A DNA stretch of 64,000 bases from Promethearchaeota archaeon (GTDB taxonomy: Archaea > Asgardarchaeota > Lokiarchaeia > Sigyniarchaeales > SOKP01), in assembly GCA_048937405.1 (NCBI GenBank), contig JBHLNF010000005.1, positions 128,001 to 192,000 of the forward strand, read 5' to 3'. A program made the translations under genes and the position numbers. Below are positions 10,977-21,143 of the stretch, in pieces; the stretch's first letter is position 1; every line of letters starts with the position of its first letter. The notes below the pieces were generated by a model. That model searched no databases and was not told where the DNA came from. It saw nothing but the letters and a program-made list of their open reading frames with translations.

Positions 10977-12305
10977 ATGAAAAATGTAAAATTATTAATG
11001 AAAAAACTTGATTTAAGGAGATCTATTGAAAAATTAAAAGTGAAAAACTACTTCTTAGGGGGTGTGCTCTTAATTGTTTGGGACACACTCAAAGCTCTCA
11101 AATTTAATTTTAAAAAAAAAATATCAAAATTCCAAATACGTTTGAAATATGGCGTTAGTAAATTATTTTTTAATAGACTTTGTTGGATCAATCCAAAAGA
11201 GATACAATATTGTGTTGAAAGTGATTTTGATAAAAATGAAGATTTTTTGCATATAATTGATGGTAATTGGGATAATTCGAATAGGCTTTTCGAAGATCTA
11301 GATATTTTTCAATCATTTAAACAACGTTACGCTTATAATAAAAACTGGGATGAGACTGAATTTTATCATAGAGTACTCAACCAAATTTCAAGAGGGATTA
11401 AAAAATGGGGATGTGAGACCAAAGAAGGTTTAGATAATCGAGTTAGAACCATAGACGCTCTTTATTCTCAAATAAAGAAAAATGGATTCAAATCAAGAAA
11501 AGAATTAAACATTTCAACAAGCTGGTTTGGGAAAATAGCAAAACCTGAATATTCTGATGAGATTGCTTTAATGGTTGGCAGAAAAGGAGAACTATTGTTT
11601 TTCGATGGGAGGCATAGACTGTCAATTGCTAAATTGCTTAAAATCCCTGAAATTCCAATAAAGATTATAGCAAGACATAAAAAATGGATGGCGTTTCGCT
11701 ATAACTTTTTATTATATAGCAAGAATGAATTGAAAAAAAAATTTTCCCATTCTTTAAAGCATCCAGATTTACAAGATATCCCTATTCATGAGGAAGATTC
11801 GATTTTTAAGATAATAAAGAAGAATCTAACTCTAACTTGTGGTTCCTTATTAGATTTAAGTGCTAAATTGGGATATATCTGCCATAGATTTGATACTAAG
11901 GGATATAATTGCTTAGCATTTGAGAAAAATCCACATAACTTATACTTCTTAAAAATGCTAAAAATCATCGAGAAGTGGAATTTTAAAATTATCGAACCTA
12001 AACTATTAGAAAAAAATATGTACAAAAATTTGGATGTAGATATTATTTTAATATTAGATATTTTTGGTGATTATTTTACCAATAAGGAAAGTAACTTATT
12101 ATTAATTAAAATTTTAAGTAAATTTAAGCCAAAAGAATTATTAATTGGGATAAATATTCCTAATAATTTTCAAAAAATAGGATATCGGAAAAATTTAACA
12201 TCTAAAGATATCTTGAATCTAATTACTGAAACATCCAACTTGAATACACAACATTTCATTGGAGAAGCAAATGATGGAACCTTATTCTACAAATTTACGG
12301 CCTAA
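10977..12305 (+). CDS. ParB/Srx-like (DGRHR) domain + degenerate methyltransferase-like domain
   Basis: VGRKGELLFFDGRHRLSIAK...IPIKI; methyltransferase motifs degenerate (LLDLSAKLG, LDIFGD). Paralog of 8164. Confidence 0.68.
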   Translation: MKNVKLLMKKLDLRRSIEKLKVKNYFLGGVLLIVWDTLKALKFNFKKKISKFQIRLKYGVSKLFFNRLCWINPKEIQYCVESDFDKNEDFLHIIDGNWDNSNRLFEDLDIFQSFKQRYAYNKNWDETEFYHRVLNQISRGIKKWGCETKEGLDNRVRTIDALYSQIKKNGFKSRKELNISTSWFGKIAKPEYSDEIALMVGRKGELLFFDGRHRLSIAKLLKIPEIPIKIIARHKKWMAFRYNFLLYSKNELKKKFSHSLKHPDLQDIPIHEEDSIFKIIKKNLTLTCGSLLDLSAKLGYICHRFDTKGYNCLAFEKNPHNLYFLKMLKIIEKWNFKIIEPKLLEKNMYKNLDVDIILILDIFGDYFTNKESNLLLIKILSKFKPKELLIGINIPNNFQKIGYRKNLTSKDILNLITETSNLNTQHFIGEANDGTLFYKFTA

Positions 12306-12410
12306 ATCCAAAATAACTTTTCTTGGAACTCTATATAAAAATAGCATTAAAAATAAAAAAAAGATAGGATCTATCATATTTAATCATAATTTTTGAAATC
12401 CAGAATTTCA

Positions 12411-12959
12411 TTAAAGAAATTTTCCTTCTTTTTTTAGTTTCTTATAATGTTCAATATCTCTATAAGAAAAAGGTTCTGCAGGATGTCCTCCTGCAATAGC
12501 ATAATCTGGGATATCCATTGATACAACACTTCCTGCCTGAATTATCGCACCTTCTCCAATTCTCACACCCCCTAATAATGTAACTCGAGAACCTATCCAA
12601 ACATTATCCCCTATTATGACATCCTTATAAATACGTTTAGAATCGTAGGGTATTTTAGTTCCTTTATTATAATTATGTATTTGTGTAATAACTAAAATAT
12701 CATTACCAGAATGAAAATTATCTCCTACAATAAATTTACCTCTCCCTACTACTTTAATCCCATTGAAGGAGCAATTTTTACCTAAATATGTTTGACCAGT
12801 GAGACTTACTTTAGAGGATTTTATAATAGGAATACTATCATAACTAGCAATAATTCTTAAATTTTCTTCAATTGTAAGAGATAATTTTATATTTTCAATC
12901 AATTCCATGAATTTATTTCTTAATACAATTAAAAACCTTTTTATCAGTTTAGTCTTCAT
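12411..12959 (-). CDS. Hexapeptide-repeat (LbH) acyl/O-acetyltransferase
   Basis: VIIGDNVWIGSRVTLLGGVRIGEGAIIQAGSVV...GGHPA. Confidence 0.9.
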   Translation of the reverse strand: MKTKLIKRFLIVLRNKFMELIENIKLSLTIEENLRIIASYDSIPIIKSSKVSLTGQTYLGKNCSFNGIKVVGRGKFIVGDNFHSGNDILVITQIHNYNKGTKIPYDSKRIYKDVIIGDNVWIGSRVTLLGGVRIGEGAIIQAGSVVSMDIPDYAIAGGHPAEPFSYRDIEHYKKLKKEGKFL

Positions 12960-12976
12960 AATAATCTTTTTTTTAA

Positions 12977-14872
12977 TTATTTAAAAACAATTTTTTGAAT
13001 TAATTTTAATATCTTTTCTGCGGGAACTTCATTTTTATCATAATAAGAATAATTCAGGGCAGTTCTTTTTAAATCTTCAGAATATTTATTGTAAAGATCT
13101 TTATTTTTTACTAAATTCTTAATATTTTTAGCTAATTCTTTTTGATTCTTTACATTTATTAGAAGATCATTTTCTACAAAGAGATAAGATCCTATCTTGA
13201 TAAAATCTAGATTTACTAAATCCAATTTAATTGTTGGTATTCCAATTATCATTGCTTCTAAAATGGTAGTTGATTGTCTTGCTAATAATAAATTACATGT
13301 ATAGATAAGATCCAAGATGTTATAATCTTTTACAATAATAGGATCTACACCAAGTTTATTAAAAATTTGCTTATGAATTTTACCATTCTCACCAGGATGT
13401 AGCTTTATAATGAAATTCTCAACCAAATCCAAATCTTTTAAACAACTTATTATTGCCATAAAAATTTTCTCATAAGAGATCTCATCTAATGTATTTGTCG
13501 CCAATAATATGGTAAATTTATCTGGTGTAAATTCATAAGTTCGATCACTAAAAAGATCCTTTATTTCATTCAATTTTTTAATTTGGTTTTTAAACAAAAC
13601 CTCATAACGAGGTCTCCCAGTTATTATAATATTTTTCCCTGATTTTCCTTTGGATATCATGTATTCTTTATCTTTTTTGCATTCTAATGCATAAAAATCA
13701 ACATTTGGTTTGGTAACCATTTGATGAAAGATTGGATATGCTGAATGTGGAATATGAATCGTTGGAATTTGATTTTTTTTACAATAATTAATAAAAAGTC
13801 GACCATCTGTTTTGTAATCATTAGTTATTATTACCACAGAAGGCTTATTCATTTTAATTATCTGTTTGAAAAGATAAAAATCATTAAAAATATCGATTAA
13901 TAAGCTAAATAAATTATCAAAGTAAAAATCTTTTATTAAACCTGTTAATTTTATTGAACCATACTCTATATAATCAGCTGAACTTGCGAGATTGCCTAAC
14001 CAAATCTCTCTTTTGAGCTTCAAAAACTTGAATAATTGAGTAAATCGATTTAAGGGTATAAAATGATTTAAATTTCCCCTATTATATATAATAGGGTTAA
14101 TTAATTTATTTTTTTTAAGGAGCGAATATATTGGCTTGATACTTTCAATTTGATTTTTTGTTCTAGCAGTAATTAATACGTTTTCTTGTGATTTATTTAT
14201 GGAAGAACTCTTAGTTACAATTTTCTTGAACCAGAAGGATTTTAGATTTTCACTTAATAAATTAAGGAAATATTTTATGTGTGAAGATACTGCAAAACTA
14301 TTATTCAAAATTAAAATTGAATCTGAAAAAACTTCAACATTTCTAACCCTTTTGTTTAAAACCTTAAAAAAATCTAAGAAATTAGGGTTATAATTAAATA
14401 GAATAGTCTTATTATAATCATCTGAGGAAACGATGTTTTTGATTAATTCATATTCTCCAAAAACCTGGTTAAGATATCTTAACAATACAAGTTCGATAAG
14501 ATCTCCAATAAATACTCCCTTTAAATGAAAAATCTGTGATTCAATTAAAATATTAAATATTTTAGATAACATCTCTTTGTTTTCTTTCATGAGTTTATCT
14601 AAAATTTGTAAGAAGGTTAAATGGTCTAGTTTTACTCTAAAATGTGAAAGCATTTCAATCTTAGTATTATTTGATTTTATCGCGATTGTTTTCCTATTTG
14701 TTATTATTTTAATATCTAGCTTTTCATGATATGTCTTCTTTAACTTAGATATCAAACGATTTAATTTTTGATTTATATAAAAATTGAGAAACTTATTTAG
14801 CCTCTTCGTTAATTTTAAATAATCTCGGTTAAATAAATTATCCAAAATGAGAATTTTTTTCTCTTTTTCCAT
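12977..14872 (-). CDS. GT-B fold protein, candidate nonulosonate/polyol-phosphate transferase
   Basis: HIPHS, ITGRPRYE, IKLHP, STTILEAM. Divergent from neuB; paralog of 21144. Confidence 0.6.
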   Translation of the reverse strand: MEKEKKILILDNLFNRDYLKLTKRLNKFLNFYINQKLNRLISKLKKTYHEKLDIKIITNRKTIAIKSNNTKIEMLSHFRVKLDHLTFLQILDKLMKENKEMLSKIFNILIESQIFHLKGVFIGDLIELVLLRYLNQVFGEYELIKNIVSSDDYNKTILFNYNPNFLDFFKVLNKRVRNVEVFSDSILILNNSFAVSSHIKYFLNLLSENLKSFWFKKIVTKSSSINKSQENVLITARTKNQIESIKPIYSLLKKNKLINPIIYNRGNLNHFIPLNRFTQLFKFLKLKREIWLGNLASSADYIEYGSIKLTGLIKDFYFDNLFSLLIDIFNDFYLFKQIIKMNKPSVVIITNDYKTDGRLFINYCKKNQIPTIHIPHSAYPIFHQMVTKPNVDFYALECKKDKEYMISKGKSGKNIIITGRPRYEVLFKNQIKKLNEIKDLFSDRTYEFTPDKFTILLATNTLDEISYEKIFMAIISCLKDLDLVENFIIKLHPGENGKIHKQIFNKLGVDPIIVKDYNILDLIYTCNLLLARQSTTILEAMIIGIPTIKLDLVNLDFIKIGSYLFVENDLLINVKNQKELAKNIKNLVKNKDLYNKYSEDLKRTALNYSYYDKNEVPAEKILKLIQKIVFK

Positions 14873-15019
14873 CGAATTGCATCATGAAATCTATAACTTA
14901 AGTTTTTTTAATTAATACATTTATAAAAAAACAAATTAGATGAGAAAACATAAACTTTTATTTTAAATATTATTTTCTATTTTATACTATATTTAAGAAA
15001 CTTAATTATAACAAGATTT

Positions 15020-16057
15020 ATGGAAACCACTATGGAATATTTAGGTAAAAAGATTCAGAGTTGCGAATTTTTTATCATTGCAGAGGTTGGACTTAATCAT
15101 AATGGTAGTTTTGGTAATGCTTTAAGATTAATTGATGAAGCTCAAAAAGCGGGAGTAAATGCAGTGAAATTTCAACTTCACATCTCTGAGAAAGAAAGAA
15201 TGAAAAATGCTCCAATTCCAGAATATTTTACTCTTGAAACTCGGGATGAATATTTTGATAGAACCGCTTTTTCTTTAAACGAATGGATAAAAATAAAAAA
15301 CTATGCTCATGAAAATAAATTATATTTTATAGTGTCTCCTTTTTCGCATAAAGCAGTAGATATATTAGAACAAGTTAATGTTGATGCCTATAAAATCGCA
15401 TCAGGGGAAACTACAAATATTCCATTATTAGAATATATAAATTCTAAAAATAAACCTGTCTTACTCTCTACTGGGATGTCTAATTGGCAAGAAATTTTAA
15501 ATGCAATTGATACTTTGAAGAAAAATCTAATAGTTTTATTCCAATGCTCTTCTCAGTACCCATGTCCACCAGAAAATATTGGTTTGAATATAATCACTAA
15601 AATGAAACAAAAATTTAGTGATTTAACTATAGGATTTTCAGATCATACTCCGGATTGTTACACTTCTATTGGAGCATATATTATGGGTGCTAGAGTTTTC
15701 GAAAAACACTTTACATTATCAAAAAAAGTATATGGTCCTGACGCAAGTTTATCCTTAGAACCTCATGAATTAAAAGAATATGTTAATGGTATATCTTATA
15801 TCTCCAAAGCTTTGAACAATCCAGTTGATAAGGATAATATTGAAAAATATAAACTCGCGAAATTAAAATATGAAAAAAGTATTGTAGCGGCCAAAGATTT
15901 AGAAAAGGATCATATTTTAGAATACCAAGATTTAGATTTTAAAAAGCCGGGAGATGGGCTAAGAGCTGATAAATATAAGGACATCATCGGTATGAAAGTA
16001 ACTACAAATATAAAAAAAGATGAAAAAATAGAATTTGAAAAATTAATGGATAATTAG
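15020..16057 (+). CDS. neuB: N-acetylneuraminate/nonulosonate synthase family (NeuB + SAF domain)
   Basis: IIAEVGLNHNG, AVKFQ, KIASGE, LSTGM, GFSDHT, EKHFT, GPD, C-terminal KKPGDG. Confidence 0.92.
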   Translation: METTMEYLGKKIQSCEFFIIAEVGLNHNGSFGNALRLIDEAQKAGVNAVKFQLHISEKERMKNAPIPEYFTLETRDEYFDRTAFSLNEWIKIKNYAHENKLYFIVSPFSHKAVDILEQVNVDAYKIASGETTNIPLLEYINSKNKPVLLSTGMSNWQEILNAIDTLKKNLIVLFQCSSQYPCPPENIGLNIITKMKQKFSDLTIGFSDHTPDCYTSIGAYIMGARVFEKHFTLSKKVYGPDASLSLEPHELKEYVNGISYISKALNNPVDKDNIEKYKLAKLKYEKSIVAAKDLEKDHILEYQDLDFKKPGDGLRADKYKDIIGMKVTTNIKKDEKIEFEKLMDN

Positions 16058-16075
16058 TATTATAAAAATGAGATA

Positions 16076-17278
16076 ATGAATCAAAAAAATATAAGAAAGG
16101 TATGTGTTTTTCTAGGAAGCAGAGCCCATTATTCTAGTCTCATTTCAATTATGGAACATATTCAAAAATCAGATAAATTGGAACAAATATTAATAGTAGG
16201 AGCCTCTGCAATATTAGATAAATATGGAGAAGCGATTAATATAATTGAAAGAGATGGTTTTAAAGTTAATGAAAAACTTTTTATGATTATCGAAGGTGAG
16301 AATCCTCAAACGATGGCTAAATCTACAGGTTTAGGCTTAATTGAGTTATCTAGTATTTTTAATAAATACAAACCAAATTTTACTGTGATAGTAGCAGATA
16401 GGTTCGAAATGCTTGCATGTGCCATTGCCTCTGCGTATAATAATATACCTATTGCTCATATTCAAGGTGGTGAAGTATCAGGTAGTATCGATGAGAGTAT
16501 AAGACACGCAATCACTAAATTATCTCATCTTCATTTTCCATCAAATGAGTTAGCTAAACAGAGGATATTACAAATGGGAGAAGATGAACGGTATGTTTTT
16601 AATTTTGGTTGTCCTCGAATAGATACAGTTAAGAAAATCCTAGATCAACCATATAGGTTTGATGAAATTAATAATATAATAAGAACACAAGGAGTAGGAG
16701 ATGTTTTCGATATTAACAACCACTTTTTATTAATAGCCCAACATCCTGTTACAACAGAGTATGGAGAAGGAAAGCAACAAATTACTAATACACTTCAAGC
16801 AATTAAAGAAATTACTCAAGAGAGAGACATACCCGCTATCATATTATGGCCAAACGCTGATGCCGGAAGTGATGATATTGCTGAAGGTATCAGATACTTT
16901 AGAGAACACGAAGAAGAAAAAAATTTACATTTTATCAAAAATTTCTCATTTGAGCATTATATTTGGTTAATGGATAAAACTTTATGCCTTATTGGAAATT
17001 CCAGTAGTGGAATCAGAGAAGGTGGTTTCATTGGAACTCCCGTGGTTAATATCGGAACAAGGCAAAATGATAGAGCTCGTGCTAGCAATGTACTGGATTG
17101 TGATTATTCTTATGAAAATATTAAAGAATCTATTGAAAAACAAATTACTCATGGTAAATATAAATCAGAAACCATATATGGCGATGGAAATGCTGGAAAA
17201 AACATAATCAGGATATTAGAGACTATTGATATTAAGGTTCAAAAAAGATTTATGACACGTAACATTTCAAATATATAA
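16076..17278 (+). CDS. neuC: Hydrolysing UDP-GlcNAc(-like) 2-epimerase
   Basis: DRFE, HIQGGEVSGSIDESIRHAITKLSHLHF, QHPVT, WPNADAG, GNSSSG, NIGTRQ, YGDG. Confidence 0.92.
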   Translation: MNQKNIRKVCVFLGSRAHYSSLISIMEHIQKSDKLEQILIVGASAILDKYGEAINIIERDGFKVNEKLFMIIEGENPQTMAKSTGLGLIELSSIFNKYKPNFTVIVADRFEMLACAIASAYNNIPIAHIQGGEVSGSIDESIRHAITKLSHLHFPSNELAKQRILQMGEDERYVFNFGCPRIDTVKKILDQPYRFDEINNIIRTQGVGDVFDINNHFLLIAQHPVTTEYGEGKQQITNTLQAIKEITQERDIPAIILWPNADAGSDDIAEGIRYFREHEEEKNLHFIKNFSFEHYIWLMDKTLCLIGNSSSGIREGGFIGTPVVNIGTRQNDRARASNVLDCDYSYENIKESIEKQITHGKYKSETIYGDGNAGKNIIRILETIDIKVQKRFMTRNISNI

Positions 17279-17280
17279 AC

Positions 17281-17985
17281 ATGAGTTTACCTAAAAATAA
17301 GTATCTAGCAATAATTCCTGCTAGATGTGGTTCAAAAGGTATTAAGAAAAAAAACATTGTCGATGTTAATGGTAAACCTTTAATAGAATATACAATTAAA
17401 CCCGCGGTAGAAACATTAAAAAAGCGGATTGTTGAAAAAGTTATTGTTTCGACGGATTGTAAGGAAATTAAGAAAATTTGCGAAGATTTAGGTGCTGAAG
17501 TTCCTTTTTTAAGGCCAATTGAAATTTCTGGTGATAAAGCAAAATCGATAAGTTATATTTTACATGCATTAGACTTTTTTGAAAAAAGAAATCAGTTTTT
17601 TGATGCTGTAATCATTCTTCAGCCCACAGCGCCTTTAAGAACTGAAAATGATATTGAAGAGGCAATAAATTTATTTGAAGCCAACCCAAAAAGCGAATCA
17701 CTAATTTCATGTTATAGGGAAGAATATATCAATGATTTAGTAACTTATAGAAAGGAAAATAATTTTGCAATTCCTATAAATCCTAACCATAATAAAGGAG
17801 TTAGACGACAAGAACATGGGAGTATATTTGTAAGAAATGGAGCAATTTATATTACAACAGTGAAATATTTAAAAAATACTAAACAAGTTATTTCCGATAA
17901 ACCTTTAATGTATGAAATACCAAAAAGTCGATCATTAAATATAGATACATTAGAGGATTTAAAGATTTTAAGGAAATTTTTATGA
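17281..17985 (+). CDS. neuA: CMP-nonulosonate synthetase (acylneuraminate cytidylyltransferase)
   Basis: IIPARCGSKGIKKKN, VSTD, PFLRP, LQPTAPLR, NGAIY, NIDT. Confidence 0.92.
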   Translation: MSLPKNKYLAIIPARCGSKGIKKKNIVDVNGKPLIEYTIKPAVETLKKRIVEKVIVSTDCKEIKKICEDLGAEVPFLRPIEISGDKAKSISYILHALDFFEKRNQFFDAVIILQPTAPLRTENDIEEAINLFEANPKSESLISCYREEYINDLVTYRKENNFAIPINPNHNKGVRRQEHGSIFVRNGAIYITTVKYLKNTKQVISDKPLMYEIPKSRSLNIDTLEDLKILRKFL

Positions 17986-18917
17986 ATATTGGAATAATAG
18001 AACCAAGAGATTTTTCAAAAAAAGCAATAGAGATATTAAACCAATTAGGAACTGTTGAAGTATTACATGAGAGTGATACTCTAAGTGATTTCATTAAGGA
18101 TAAAGAAATTATTTTTATACGTTTAAGGTATTATATAGGTAAGGAGTTTCTCGATGTAGCAATTAATCTCAAATTTCTTTGTACACCTACCACAGGTCTT
18201 ACTCATATTGATTTATCTGAAATTAAAAAAAGAAACATAGAAATAATATCATTAAAGGGAGAAAGTGAATTTCTTTCAAATATTCGGGCTACTCCAGAGC
18301 ATACTATTGGTTTAGTTATTAGCTTACTTAGAAATTATAGAAACTCTTTTTTAAATTTAAATAATCCAATTTGGAATAGAGATAAATATTGGGGTCATGA
18401 ATTATTTAATAATAGAGTTGGGTTAATTGGATTTGGTCGTATTGGAAAGATCTTAGCAAAGTATTTTAATAGTTTTGAAGCCGAAGTTTATTTTTATGAT
18501 ATTGATGTAGCAATTAATTCAACTTATAATGCCATTAGATTGGATAATCTTGAAGAATTAATAAAAAAATCAAAAATAATTATCCTATGTGCTTCTTATA
18601 ACAAAAGAAATAAGAAGTTCTTTGATCATAGATATATAGATCTATTGAAAGATAAATACTTTATTAATATTTCAAGAGGGGAATTAATTGATGAAATATA
18701 TCTAATAAAAAAAATAAAGAATAATTTCTTTAAAGGTATAGCTTTAGACGTTATATCGGACGAAACAAAAGATAATAATAATTTATCGGAGTTTTTGAGA
18801 TTGACTAAAAAAAGAAATTTCATTTTGACTCCTCATATCTCAGGAGCTACTTATAAATCAATTCATGCAACAGAAGAATTTATTGCAGGAAAATTAAAGA
18901 GTATAATTAAAAAATAA
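17982..18917 (+). CDS. D-isomer-specific 2-hydroxyacid dehydrogenase family
   Basis: TTGLTHID, ATPEHT, GLIGFGRIG, NISRGE, ALDV, TPHISG; start overlaps neuA stop. Confidence 0.88.
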   Translation: MNIGIIEPRDFSKKAIEILNQLGTVEVLHESDTLSDFIKDKEIIFIRLRYYIGKEFLDVAINLKFLCTPTTGLTHIDLSEIKKRNIEIISLKGESEFLSNIRATPEHTIGLVISLLRNYRNSFLNLNNPIWNRDKYWGHELFNNRVGLIGFGRIGKILAKYFNSFEAEVYFYDIDVAINSTYNAIRLDNLEELIKKSKIIILCASYNKRNKKFFDHRYIDLLKDKYFINISRGELIDEIYLIKKIKNNFFKGIALDVISDETKDNNNLSEFLRLTKKRNFILTPHISGATYKSIHATEEFIAGKLKSIIKK

Positions 18918-19071
18918 AAAGACTTCTAATAAACTATATAAATTCCTCTTTTCAAAATAGAGATTATATAATGTTTTGAGAATATTTTCATATAAAATTA
19001 TCTTAAAATTTTTTATTTTTGATAATTTATATTTCCTAATGGATTTATACTAATTTTATTGCCAAAAGATC

Positions 19072-20028
19072 ATGACAGAAGAGAAAAATGAAAAAATTTT
19101 GTTAATTGGGGCTGGAACTATGGCAATGGACTATGCTAAAGTTCTGAAAGCTATGAAGAAACAGTTTATTGTAATTGGAAGAGGCAAAAAGTCTGCTCAA
19201 GATTTTGAAGACACTTTAGGGATTCCTGTTGAGATTGGGGGTATTAATAAATGGTTAGAAAACAATCAAATAATTCCGGATTATGCTATTGTAGCAGTGA
19301 CAGGTAATCAATTAGGAAAAGTATGTATTTCACTTCTTAGAAAAAAGGTTACTAATATCCTTTTAGAAAAACCTGGAGGCTTAAATGAGGATGAAATAAA
19401 ATCTGTGGCGAATGAAACTGATAAATATAATGCTAATGTTTTATTAGCTTATAATCGTCATTTTTTTGCTTCTGTTATTAAAGCTAAAGAAATCATTCAA
19501 GAAGACGGAGGAGTAACCTCATTTAATTTTGAATTTACTGAATGGAGCCACATTGTAGAAAAACGTGATTATGATCCTGAAATAAAAAAATTCTGGCTAA
19601 TACATAATTCTTCTCATGTTATTGATTTAGCTTTTTATTTAGGAGGCACCCCAGAGAAATTAGAATGCTTCACCACCGGAGGCTTTAAATGGCATCCTTC
19701 AAGTACTATTTTTACTGGAGCAGGAATGACTAAGGAGAATGTCCCATTTTCTTATCATTCGAATTGGGATGCTCCAGGAAGATGGGGTGTGGAAATCCTA
19801 ACAAAGAATCACAGATTAATTTTTCGACCTTTAGAAAAATTGCAAATCCAAAAGAAAGCAAGTATTGCTATTGAGGAAGTAGATATTGATTATAATTTGG
19901 ATACTAAATTCAAACCAGGATTATTTAAACAAGTTGATGCTTTTTTGAATAAAAATTGGATGGAATTTATAGATATTCATCAACAATTACATCATCTAAA
20001 GTTTTATAATATGATTGCCAATTATTAA
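19072..20028 (+). CDS. Gfo/Idh/MocA family oxidoreductase (type A, copy 1)
   Basis: LIGAGTMA, LLEKPG, YNRHF, FEFTEWSH, NSSHVIDLAF, NWDAPGRW. Confidence 0.85.
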   Translation: MTEEKNEKILLIGAGTMAMDYAKVLKAMKKQFIVIGRGKKSAQDFEDTLGIPVEIGGINKWLENNQIIPDYAIVAVTGNQLGKVCISLLRKKVTNILLEKPGGLNEDEIKSVANETDKYNANVLLAYNRHFFASVIKAKEIIQEDGGVTSFNFEFTEWSHIVEKRDYDPEIKKFWLIHNSSHVIDLAFYLGGTPEKLECFTTGGFKWHPSSTIFTGAGMTKENVPFSYHSNWDAPGRWGVEILTKNHRLIFRPLEKLQIQKKASIAIEEVDIDYNLDTKFKPGLFKQVDAFLNKNWMEFIDIHQQLHHLKFYNMIANY

Positions 20029-20032
20029 CTAT

Positions 20033-21010
20033 ATGAGAAAAATTGCTATAATTGGTGTTGGGAATATCGGAAGCCGTCACTTGCAAGCTTTAAAGGCCGT
20101 TAAAAATCCATTGAATATAAATGTAATAGATCCTAACCCTGATTCTTTAGATATAGCAAAAAATCGTTACAATACATTTCAAAATATTGGAAATGAGCAT
20201 CAAATAAGTTATTCAAATAACATTTCAGATATTAGCAAGGAAATAGAAATTGCGATAATTGCGACTAGTTCTTTAGTAAGAAGAGATGTGATTGAGAAAT
20301 TATTACATCATACTAAAGTTAAATTTATGATACTTGAAAAAGTATTATTCCAAAAAGAAGAAGATTATTATTTTATTCAAGATTTATTAAGTTCGAGCAA
20401 CTGTCTTTGCTGGATAAATTGTACACGCAGAATTATACCAGTTTACCAATACACAATTAAAAATTGGTTTGAAAAAAAAAAAATATATTATAGTTTGTCA
20501 GGAAGCAATTTTGATTTAATTACAAATATTATCCATCATATAGATTATATGGCTTATATATTAGAGAGTACTGAATTTAATGTTGATACATCATACTTAA
20601 ATCCTGCATTAATTCCAAGCAAAAGAGCAAACTTTTTAGAGTTAGAAGGAATTCTGCAGATTCATTTTGAGAATGGGAGTCATGGAATATTTTCTTGTAA
20701 TTCCTCCGGAGATCTTCCTGAAATTCTTATTATTGATTCTGATACAAATAGGTGTGTCATTAATCAAAAAAACCCATTCTCATTTAAATGGGATAATGAA
20801 ACAGAAACTAAATGGAAAAGTATAGATGCAAAACTTCATTATACAAGTGAATTAACCACTCAAATTGTAGAGAATCTGTTAAATAACGAACAGTGCAATT
20901 TAACAAGCTATGAGGAATCTATGGAGATTCATTTAAACCTACTTAAACCTCTACTTATTTTTATTAATAAATTTTCTGAAAAAAAATTTGATTATTATCC
21001 TTTCACTTAA
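20033..21010 (+). CDS. Gfo/Idh/MocA-like NAD(P)-dependent oxidoreductase (type B, copy 1)
   Basis: IIGVGNIGSRHLQAL, ILEKVLFQ, WINCTRR, HHID, ends YPFT. ATG at 20033 preferred over TTG at 20015. Confidence 0.83.
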   Translation: MRKIAIIGVGNIGSRHLQALKAVKNPLNINVIDPNPDSLDIAKNRYNTFQNIGNEHQISYSNNISDISKEIEIAIIATSSLVRRDVIEKLLHHTKVKFMILEKVLFQKEEDYYFIQDLLSSSNCLCWINCTRRIIPVYQYTIKNWFEKKKIYYSLSGSNFDLITNIIHHIDYMAYILESTEFNVDTSYLNPALIPSKRANFLELEGILQIHFENGSHGIFSCNSSGDLPEILIIDSDTNRCVINQKNPFSFKWDNETETKWKSIDAKLHYTSELTTQIVENLLNNEQCNLTSYEESMEIHLNLLKPLLIFINKFSEKKFDYYPFT

Positions 21011-21104
21011 AAACTTCTAAAAATAAACAAATCATAAGATTAATTCTTTGTCCATAAACAATTTAAGAATTGAAGAATTTCTACATATAATTTTACATTT
21101 GTAT

Positions 21105-21117
21105 AAAGATTTATAAA
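21105..21117 (+). promoter_or_regulatory. Archaeal-type BRE-TATA promoter candidate (AAAGA-TTTATAAA)
   Basis: Ends 26 nt before ATG 21144, the spacing expected for a leaderless or short-leader archaeal mRNA; no Shine-Dalgarno. Confidence 0.45.
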
Positions 21118-21143
21118 ATATTCTAAAAAAAATAGTCCCATAT

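Noticed and set aside
10977-12305. Chromosome-partitioning ParB
   Set aside because: No HTH or dimerisation domain and no parA; fused to a methyltransferase-like domain in a glycan locus.
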